The notes below the pieces were generated by a model. The model ran no database searches, was not told where the DNA came from, and saw only the letters and a list, made by a program, of their open reading frames with translations. A DNA stretch of 43,396 bases from positions 1-43,396 of the forward strand of contig RFIM01000107.1 in assembly GCA_003695215.1 (NCBI GenBank), written 5' to 3'. The position numbers and the translations under genes are program-made. The stretch is from Chloroflexota bacterium. GTDB taxonomy: Bacteria; Chloroflexota; Anaerolineae; Aggregatilineales; UBA2796. Positions within the stretch are counted from its first letter, which is position 1. Each line of letters begins with the position of its first letter. Below, piece after piece: positions 26,019-34,417 of this stretch.

Positions 26019-26120
26019 GCCACATTTTGCGATAACTTGCTCATAAGGCGCGGCTTGCTGTGAGCAAGGCGTGCGAGCCAGTAAGCGCTAGGCGATAAAG
26101 AGATGATTGGAAAGCGATCC

Positions 26121-26786
26121 GTGAGCAACACGCGTGAAATGCCACTTTTTCCGCTGAGTACGGTCTTATTTCCTGGAATGCCGCTCTACCTGCACATTTT
26201 TGAGCCGCGCTACAAGCTGATGATCAGCGAGTGCATCCGCGAGGCGCGTCCCTTTGGCGTAGTGCTGATCAGCGAAGGCACAGAAGTCAGCCCAAACGTC
26301 TCGATCTTCAACGTCGGCACTACAGCGCATATCACGCACGTCAAGCCTTTGGCACACGGCGAGATGAACATCGCCTCTGTTGGTCAATCGCGCTTTCGCA
26401 TCCTCAGCACGCACAATCGCTATCCGTACTTGAGCGGCATCGTGGAAGACTTCCCGATCGAGAACCGCGACGATGCGCGCATTCCTGAGCTAGTCAGTCG
26501 CCTGACGCCACAGATCAAGCGCTACTTGGACATCTTCGCGGCGCTTGGCGAGGTCGAATTCAAGATGGATCAACTGCCCGACGATCCTGAGATGCTCGCC
26601 TACCTGACAGCAATCGTCTTGAACGTGCCGCCGATCAACAAGCAGCGCATCCTAGAGATTGCGTCGCTACCTGAGATGCTCAGCGCTGAATATGCCCTAA
26701 TTCGCCGCGAGGCGCTCTTCCTGCAACATATCGTCGAGCGCGGATCGCGCTGGCGCGACGATCCCAATCCTTTCTCGCCCAACTGA
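26121..26786 (+). CDS. stand-alone LON peptidase substrate-binding (N-terminal) domain protein
   Basis: MPLFPL..VLFPG..LYLHIFEPRY, FGVVLI, VGTTAHI, G..RFRI. No AAA or protease domain. Alternative starts at 26103 and 26139. Confidence 0.88.
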   Translation: MSNTREMPLFPLSTVLFPGMPLYLHIFEPRYKLMISECIREARPFGVVLISEGTEVSPNVSIFNVGTTAHITHVKPLAHGEMNIASVGQSRFRILSTHNRYPYLSGIVEDFPIENRDDARIPELVSRLTPQIKRYLDIFAALGEVEFKMDQLPDDPEMLAYLTAIVLNVPPINKQRILEIASLPEMLSAEYALIRREALFLQHIVERGSRWRDDPNPFSPN

Positions 26787-26808
26787 CCTGCCAACTTGCC
26801 CCGATGCC

Positions 26809-26852
26809 TGTGACGAATATCACTTGCCGCCGCGCGCCAAAAGCGATACATT
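26809..26852 (+). promoter_or_regulatory. gap promoter with an overlapping CRP/FNR/Rex-type box
   Basis: TGTGA-cgaata-TCACT (26809-26824) abuts TTGCCG-17 nt-TACATT (26824-26852). Confidence 0.5.
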
Positions 26853-26880
26853 CGTGTCGCTTTTAGGTAGCACACCTTAG

Positions 26881-27912
<1,032 letters not shown>

Positions 27913-27932
27913 GCCTTCTGCACGGCATTTCC

Positions 27933-27962
27933 ACAGGCGGGACGTTCGTTCCGCCTGTTTTT
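27933..27962 (+). terminator. terminator-like hairpin between gap and pgk
   Basis: ACAGGCGGGAC-GTTC-GTTCCGCCTGT followed by TTTT. Confidence 0.7.
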
Positions 27963-27978
27963 GAGCATGGAGTCAAGT

Positions 27979-29169
27979 ATGAACAAAAAGACGATTCGCG
28001 ATGTCGATCTGAGCGGCAAGCGCGTGTTGGTGCGCGTGGACTTCAACGTGCCGATTGAAAACGGCGTCATCACTGATGAGACGCGCATCACAGCTGCCTT
28101 GCCGACGCTACAAGCGATCCTAGCGCAGCGGCCGCAGGCGCTGGTGCTGATGTCTCACTTGGGCAGGCCGAAGGACGGCGTGCCTGATCCGAAGTATTCG
28201 TTGCGCCCTGTGGCAGCTGCGCTCGAGGCGCATTTGAAACAGCCGATCGCCTTCGTGGAAAATCCGTTGAGCGACGAGGCTGTAGCGCAGGTCAACAGCC
28301 TGCCTGAAGGCAGCATCGTGCTGCTTGAGAACACGCGCTTTTACGTCGGCGAGACGCAGAACAGCCCTGAGCTGGCTGCGCAGCTGGCTAAATTCGGCGA
28401 TATCTACGTGAACGACGCTTTCGGCTCGGCGCATCGCGCGCACAGCAGCACTGAGGCCATTGCCAGGCTGATGCCTGCCGTAGCAGGCTTGCTGATGGAA
28501 AAAGAGCTGCAGTATCTCTCCGCAGCGCTCGAGGCGCCTGTGCGCCCGCTGATCGCCATTCTAGGCGGCGCCAAAGTCAGCGATAAGATCAAGGTGATCG
28601 AGTCGCTTTTGGCCAAGGCGGATAAGCTCTTAATCGGCGGCGGCATGGCGAATACTTTCTTGCGGGCGCAAGGGCGCGCCACAGGCGCCTCGCTCGTCGA
28701 GGAAAACGCGCTAGACGTGGCGCGCGATCTGCTGGCTAAAGGCGGCGAGAAGCTGGTCTTGCCGACTGATTTTGTGATCGCCGATGCGTTCAAGGATGAT
28801 GCCAATACGCAGATCGTCAGCGCCGATCAGGACGTGCCAGAAGGCTGGCAAATTCTCGATATCGGCCCGCTGACCGTTGAGCGCTATGCGGCGCTGCTCG
28901 ACCAGGCGCGCACAGTTATCTGGAACGGCCCGATGGGCGTCTTCGAGATGCCGAACTTCGCCAAAGGCACAAATGCCATCGCGCAGACGCTCGCAGCCTT
29001 GACCGACAAAGGTGTCATCACCATCATCGGCGGCGGCGACTCAGCGGCGGCAGTGCAGCAGGCAGGCTTGGCTGAGCGCATGACGCACATCAGCACGGGC
29101 GGCGGCGCCAGCTTAGAGCTTTTGGAAGGGCGTGTTTTGCCAGGCGTTGCGGCGCTGAACGACAAGTGA
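27979..29169 (+). CDS. pgk: phosphoglycerate kinase
   Basis: [68 protein letters not shown] before ATG 27979. Confidence 0.98.
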   Translation: MNKKTIRDVDLSGKRVLVRVDFNVPIENGVITDETRITAALPTLQAILAQRPQALVLMSHLGRPKDGVPDPKYSLRPVAAALEAHLKQPIAFVENPLSDEAVAQVNSLPEGSIVLLENTRFYVGETQNSPELAAQLAKFGDIYVNDAFGSAHRAHSSTEAIARLMPAVAGLLMEKELQYLSAALEAPVRPLIAILGGAKVSDKIKVIESLLAKADKLLIGGGMANTFLRAQGRATGASLVEENALDVARDLLAKGGEKLVLPTDFVIADAFKDDANTQIVSADQDVPEGWQILDIGPLTVERYAALLDQARTVIWNGPMGVFEMPNFAKGTNAIAQTLAALTDKGVITIIGGGDSAAAVQQAGLAERMTHISTGGGASLELLEGRVLPGVAALNDK

Positions 29170-29176
29170 GCTCAGG

Positions 29177-29202
29177 CTAGGGCAGGCGCACACCTGCCCT
29201 AG
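29177..29202. terminator. hairpin between convergent pgk and a hypothetical gene
   Basis: CTAGGGCAGG-N6-CCTGCCCTAG; its right arm includes the minus-strand stop codon. Confidence 0.55.
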
Positions 29203-29579
29203 TGCTTTTCATCGCTTGAGTCGGACTGGTCAGTGGCGCTGCTGCCTTCTGCGGGCGTTATGCGCGTACGCAGACGTTGGATGAGGCGTCTCAGGCGCGC
29301 GCTCGACTGAAAGCGCGGCGCTGCGATCTGCTCTTGCCATGCAATCGCAGGGAAGTGCCGCGCAATGCTCGCCTCAAGCGCGGCATAATTTTCCAGCCAC
29401 AGATCGAAGTAACCGTTGCGCTCAGGCGTAAAAGTGAACGTGGCATCTGTGCAGCCATAGAGCATGTAGGCGGACTCGGGTGCCTCGGGCGAGCCGCTCA
29501 GACGGATGTAGATGTACCAGTCGTTATATGGTCCGCCTTGCACGCGCCCAACCACGCCAAAGCGAATTTCAGGCGCCAT
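29199..29579 (-). CDS. hypothetical protein
   Basis: GGAGAAGG RBS before ATG 29579; aromatic-rich ~80-aa core followed by a basic/disordered tail. Confidence 0.65.
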   Translation of the reverse strand: MAPEIRFGVVGRVQGGPYNDWYIYIRLSGSPEAPESAYMLYGCTDATFTFTPERNGYFDLWLENYAALEASIARHFPAIAWQEQIAAPRFQSSARLRRLIQRLRTRITPAEGSSATDQSDSSDEKH

Positions 29580-29636
29580 CAGCCTACCTTCTCCAAGCGA
29601 TTTCCCCAATTTTGCGTGTTTCTTATGTTGAACTGC

Positions 29637-29665
29637 TTGTATACGCACAAGAACTTCACTATAAT
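29637..29665 (+). promoter_or_regulatory. sigma70-type promoter for the BI-1/YccA gene
   Basis: TTGTAT-17 nt-TATAAT. Confidence 0.6.
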
Positions 29666-29730
29666 AAGGCTAGTCTGGCACAGAAAGCAACCCTGAGTGT
29701 GGACTTCAGGACGAGAAAACGGAGGTTCGT

Positions 29731-30516
29731 ATGGGCTTTTACTCGAACGTGGGAACTGAGAGCCGCTCGCTGCCGATTGGCATGAGCTTGGGCGATATCA
29801 TGCGCCAAGTTTACCTGTGGCTGACGGGCGGCTTGCTGGTGGCGTTCGGCATCGCCTTCATTCTAGGCGCGCCAGTTCGTGACTTGATGAACGCAGTGCT
29901 GATGGGCGAGGCGACTGCAGCACAAATCCTGCGACTGCAAGACGCTATCGCCAGCTCACCGTTGCTGAATCCAGTCTTGTCCATTGGCGCGCTGATCGCT
30001 TACTTCATCCTCGGTTTTGCCTTGCAGCCGATTATCATGCGCGCTAATGTGACTGTAGGCGCTGCTTTCTACCTTCTGTTCACAGCGCTTTTCGGCTACA
30101 TGCTGGGAAGTATCCTGCTCGCCTACCAGATCGCCGATATCATGGCTGCTTTCATTGCGACGGCAGGCATGTTCGGCGTGATGAGCTTCTTGGGCTACAC
30201 CACGAAGATCGATCTGTCGCGCTTCGGCAGCATCTTCATGATGGCGCTCATCGGCTTGCTCATCGCCAGCTTGGTGAACCTCTTCCTGCGCAGCCCGGCT
30301 ATCACTTGGATCATCACCTACGCCGGTGTGCTGATCTTCGCAGGCCTGACGGCTTACGACACGCAGTGGATCAAGAACAACGCAGCCCAGATCGCTGCGA
30401 CAGGCGACCAGACAGGCGCGCAACGCATCGCCTTGATCGGCGCTTTCCACCTGTTCCTCGATTTCGTCAACCTGTTCCTGTTCTTGCTGCGCATCTTCGC
30501 CAGCAGCCGCGATTAA
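29731..30516 (+). CDS. Bax inhibitor-1/YccA family membrane protein
   Basis: MRQVYLW, YTTKIDLS, GLTAYDTQ, LFLDFVNLFLFLLRI. GGAGG RBS. Confidence 0.93.
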   Translation: MGFYSNVGTESRSLPIGMSLGDIMRQVYLWLTGGLLVAFGIAFILGAPVRDLMNAVLMGEATAAQILRLQDAIASSPLLNPVLSIGALIAYFILGFALQPIIMRANVTVGAAFYLLFTALFGYMLGSILLAYQIADIMAAFIATAGMFGVMSFLGYTTKIDLSRFGSIFMMALIGLLIASLVNLFLRSPAITWIITYAGVLIFAGLTAYDTQWIKNNAAQIAATGDQTGAQRIALIGAFHLFLDFVNLFLFLLRIFASSRD

Positions 30517-30535
30517 GCGCAAGCAATCAAATTCT

Positions 30536-30561
30536 GAGGCGGGAAGTTTCCCGCCTCTTTT
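30536..30561 (+). terminator. intrinsic terminator after the YccA gene
   Basis: GAGGCGGGA-AGTT-TCCCGCCTC followed by TTTT. Confidence 0.8.
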
Positions 30562-30576
30562 GCTGAAAGGGCGCAC

Positions 30577-31356
30577 ATGGATGATCCACACCAATGCGCA
30601 CAGAGCCACTTCAGCGCCTTGGCTGAGCAGTACATCCACAGCCAAGTGCATCGCAGTGGCTACTCACTGGAGCGTTTGATCGCGCTCCTGCAGCCTTTAT
30701 CAGGCGCCTTAGCCTTGGATGTGGCCACTGGCGGCGGTCATGTGGCGCTGAAATTGGCGCAAAACGGCGCAAAGCCTTTAGCAAGCGATTTGACTTTGGC
30801 CATGCTCAAGGCAGCGCGCGCCAATTTGCAAGCGCACGGCGTTGCTATCAGCTATGCGCAGCTCGAAGCCAGTCATTTGCCATTCCGCGCCGAGAGCTTG
30901 CAGGTGATCACGGCTCGCCATGCGCCGCATCATTTCCCTGATGTGCCGCGCTTCCTGAGCGAGTGCGCGCGCGTGCTGAGCGCTGATGGCAGGCTCGGGA
31001 TTGTCGATCAAATTGCGCCTGAGGCGCCCGCTGCAGCGCGTTACATCAACGCGCTCGAGCGCCTGCGCGATCCAAGCCATCGCTGGCAGTTCAGCCTATC
31101 AGAATGGCAGGCTATGCTCGAAGCTGCGGCTCTAGAAGTGTTGCACGCCGAGATCGCCACGACGCGCCTCGATCTCTATTGGTGGACTAGCCTGCAGCGC
31201 AACGATGCTGAGACCGTGCTGCGCTTGCGCGTGTTGTTACACCAAGCGCCGCAGACCGTCCGCGCTTTCCTCAAGCCGACCTTTCACGAGGATGGCAGCG
31301 GCAACATCAGCTTCGATCATCACTGCGCCATTCTGATAGCGCGCAAGGCTCAGTAG
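30577..31356 (+). CDS. class I SAM-dependent methyltransferase
   Basis: ALDVATGGGH, DLTLAML, LPF, APHHFPD, ERLRDPSH. Confidence 0.9.
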   Translation: MDDPHQCAQSHFSALAEQYIHSQVHRSGYSLERLIALLQPLSGALALDVATGGGHVALKLAQNGAKPLASDLTLAMLKAARANLQAHGVAISYAQLEASHLPFRAESLQVITARHAPHHFPDVPRFLSECARVLSADGRLGIVDQIAPEAPAAARYINALERLRDPSHRWQFSLSEWQAMLEAAALEVLHAEIATTRLDLYWWTSLQRNDAETVLRLRVLLHQAPQTVRAFLKPTFHEDGSGNISFDHHCAILIARKAQ

Positions 31357-31377
31357 CCATTAAAGCCCTGAGATGCC

Positions 31378-32502
31378 TCACAGATTGCCGCGCCGCGCCT
31401 GCTCTAGCTCAAGCGCCTCGAAGAGCGCTTTGAAATTGCCCACGCCAAAGCCGCGCGAGCCGTGCCGCTCGATCACCTCGATGAAAGCTGTCGGGCGGTC
31501 CTGCAAAGGGCGCGAGAAGATTTGCAGCAAATAGCCCTCATCGTCGCGATCCACTAGGATGCCCAATTCCTTGATCTGGGCCAAGTCTTCCTCGATCGTG
31601 CCGACGCGCTCAGGCAGAACGTCGTAGTACGCATCAGGCACGCGCAAGAACTCGACGCCGCGCTCGCGCAGTGCCCGCACTGTGCGCAGGATATCGCCCG
31701 TCGCCATTGCGATGTGCTGCACGCCTGGCGTCATGTAATACTCAAGGTATTCCTCGATCTGGCTCTTCTTTTTACCTTCAGCGGGCTCGTTGATAGGAAA
31801 CTTGACGCGCCCGTTGCCGTTCTGCATCACTTTCGACATCAGCGCAGAGTACTCCGTGCTGATTTGCTCGTCGGTGAAGCCTTGCAGCAAGCGGAAGCCC
31901 ATCACCTTGTGGTAAAAATTGACCCAGTAGTTCATCTTGCCCAGCTCAACGTTGCCCACAATGTGATCGATAGCCGCCAAGCCTGCGGAGTCGGCGTTGA
32001 GCGTCAAGGGCTGATAGCTGGGCGCGAAGGCGCCGTGATAATCGCGCCGATCCACGAAGACATGCAGCACTTCGCCATAGGTATGGATAGCGGCTGTACG
32101 GTAGACGCCGTGTGCATCGGTTTCTTCGCGCGGCGCCCAAGCAGCGCGCGCGCCGCGCTCTGTTGTGGCGCGGAAGGCCTGCTCCACGTCATCCACGCCC
32201 AGCGCGATCACCTTCACGCCGTCGCCGTGCAGCAGATGATGCGCTGCCATCTCATCGGTCGGATGATACGGCGCCGAGACCACAAAGCGGATCGTGCCGC
32301 TCTCCAGCACGTATGAGGCAAAACGCCGATTGCCTGTCTCTAAGCCGCTGTAGGCGATAGGCTTGAAACCAAAGGCTTTCCACCAGTAGTACATGGCCTG
32401 CTTGGCATTGCCAACCCACCAGTGGACGTGATCGATGCTCTTAATCTGCAAAAAATCGGCTTCTTCAGTTAATGGGCGCGCCTCAGGCGTTTGAACGCTC
32501 AT
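31378..32502 (-). CDS. hppD: 4-hydroxyphenylpyruvate dioxygenase
   Basis: HGDGVK, IDHIVGNV, KFPINEP, SQIEEYL, GVQHIA, GYLLQIF, GFGVGNFKALFEA. Confidence 0.96.
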   Translation of the reverse strand: MSVQTPEARPLTEEADFLQIKSIDHVHWWVGNAKQAMYYWWKAFGFKPIAYSGLETGNRRFASYVLESGTIRFVVSAPYHPTDEMAAHHLLHGDGVKVIALGVDDVEQAFRATTERGARAAWAPREETDAHGVYRTAAIHTYGEVLHVFVDRRDYHGAFAPSYQPLTLNADSAGLAAIDHIVGNVELGKMNYWVNFYHKVMGFRLLQGFTDEQISTEYSALMSKVMQNGNGRVKFPINEPAEGKKKSQIEEYLEYYMTPGVQHIAMATGDILRTVRALRERGVEFLRVPDAYYDVLPERVGTIEEDLAQIKELGILVDRDDEGYLLQIFSRPLQDRPTAFIEVIERHGSRGFGVGNFKALFEALELEQARRGNL

Positions 32503-32651
32503 CAGAAAGCTCCTTTCAAAAGCACTTTTATAGAGAGTATAGCATACCTAGCGCGCTTTGCTGCTAAAAAATCAGCTATGGCGCATTGGTACAGCTGAGG
32601 GATGATCAGGCGCTATACTCTAGCCAATTCTGACGCTGAAAGAGAATCGCC

Positions 32652-34400
32652 ATGAACGCCTTTGAGTTGCTCCACAATCGCATCGATCTGAGCGCCATTC
32701 CATTCACGGATCGCGGCTCGCGGCTGCTGATCTTCCGCGAAGGCAATCGGATCGCCATTCGCTTGGCCGAACGTTGGGAACGCTGGCAGGGCGAAGTCGG
32801 TCATTACCGTCAACGGCCGCCGATCCTCGATCAGCTGACCTTCTTGAGCGCAGATGGCACGCCTCAGCCTTTTGAAGTCGATTCGTACCCGCACTGTGTG
32901 ACGCTCTGCACGCCGCTGGGCAACTTCGCTTGGACGTTCATCGAACCTGAGGCGGTCTTGATCCGCTTACCTGAAGGCGATTACGGCCTGAGCTTTGAAG
33001 CGCACGCCACGCGCGGCGCCCCCGATCGGCGCGGCGGCACCTTGCACGGCAAGCGCAACATCGCCTACACGACCAATGCTCAAATCCTGCATAACGAGAT
33101 GCTGGCGCTCACAGGCGACCGCTTCCGCGTCAATATGCGCTTGAGCGCTCGTGATGGCAATGCGCTGCTGCTCAATATCACACCGCGTTTGGGCTATAAC
33201 CGCGCCTTGCCGCCGCCTGATGAAGCGATTCAAAGCTCGCGCGCTGCCTGGCAAGCTTGGTTTGACTCAGTGCCGTCAGTCCTGCCTGAGTATGAATGGC
33301 AGTACGCGCACGCTTGGTGGATCATGCGCGCAGGCTTGCTGAACACGCGCTATTACTTCACGCGGGAAGCGCTCGTGCCCTCTAAGATTCACTATATTGG
33401 CGTCTGGCAATGGGATCAGTACTTTCATGCGCTCGCCTATCGGCATGTGGATACGCGCCTGGCCGAAGATCAAATCCGCATCGTGCTCGATCATCAGCGC
33501 GAAGATGGCATGCTGCCTGATGCTATCCACGACGAAGGCTTGGTCACGCGCCTCACGCGCCCTGTGGACGCTGACGTGACCAAGCCGCCTTTGACGGCTT
33601 GGGCTGTCCTGAAGGTTTTCGAGAAGTGCGGGCGGCTTGACTTCCTAAGCGAAGTTTACGAGCCGATCACGCGCTGGCACGAGTGGTGGCTGCGCGATAA
33701 CCTGAGCGCCAATGGCTTGTGCCACTATCAGCATCCGTTCTCCAGCGGCTTAGACGACAGCCCGCTGTGGGATGAAGGCATGCCTGTGGTCTCACCCGAT
33801 CTGAACACCTACATCGTGATCCAGGCAGAGAGCCTTGCGCGCATTGCTGCGTTGCTCGGCCTGACAGCTGAAGCAGGGCGCTACCGCGAGCAGGCGCAGC
33901 AGCACACGGCGCGCATGGTAGAGGCGCTCTGGGATGAACGGCGTGGTTACTTCAACGCGCTCTATCAGGGCAAGCCTGTCGAGGTCTTCACGCCTTTTCA
34001 GCTCTTACCGCTGTGGACGGGCAGCCTGCCTGAGCGCATCAATGCACGGCTGATCGCGCACCTGACCAATCCGCAGACCTTCTGGGCGAAGTGGGCATTG
34101 GCGACTGTTGCCCTGAACGATCCGAAGTTCGATCCCGACCAAATGTGGCGCGGCCCGATCTGGGCAAACATCAACTATCTGTTCATTGAGGCGCTCAATC
34201 GCGTCGGGCGCCCTGAGCTGGCCGACGCCTTGCGCCGCAACACGCTGGAGCTGATCATGCAGAGCCGCGACATCTACGAGTACTACAATCCGCTCACAGC
34301 AGCGCGCCCGCCTAAAGCAGCGCCTATCTTCGGCTGGACATCCGCCGTGTTCATCGACCTCGCCATCCAAGAGACGGCTTACGTCCTACACGGCGGCTGA
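32652..34400 (+). CDS. (alpha/alpha)6 glycoside hydrolase, GH63/MGH1-like
   Basis: WQWDQYFH, SGLDDSP, MWRGPIW, EYYNP, FGWT motifs; no signal peptide. Confidence 0.85.
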   Translation: MNAFELLHNRIDLSAIPFTDRGSRLLIFREGNRIAIRLAERWERWQGEVGHYRQRPPILDQLTFLSADGTPQPFEVDSYPHCVTLCTPLGNFAWTFIEPEAVLIRLPEGDYGLSFEAHATRGAPDRRGGTLHGKRNIAYTTNAQILHNEMLALTGDRFRVNMRLSARDGNALLLNITPRLGYNRALPPPDEAIQSSRAAWQAWFDSVPSVLPEYEWQYAHAWWIMRAGLLNTRYYFTREALVPSKIHYIGVWQWDQYFHALAYRHVDTRLAEDQIRIVLDHQREDGMLPDAIHDEGLVTRLTRPVDADVTKPPLTAWAVLKVFEKCGRLDFLSEVYEPITRWHEWWLRDNLSANGLCHYQHPFSSGLDDSPLWDEGMPVVSPDLNTYIVIQAESLARIAALLGLTAEAGRYREQAQQHTARMVEALWDERRGYFNALYQGKPVEVFTPFQLLPLWTGSLPERINARLIAHLTNPQTFWAKWALATVALNDPKFDPDQMWRGPIWANINYLFIEALNRVGRPELADALRRNTLELIMQSRDIYEYYNPLTAARPPKAAPIFGWTSAVFIDLAIQETAYVLHGG

Positions 34401-34417
34401 TCCGCGCCTATAGGCGC

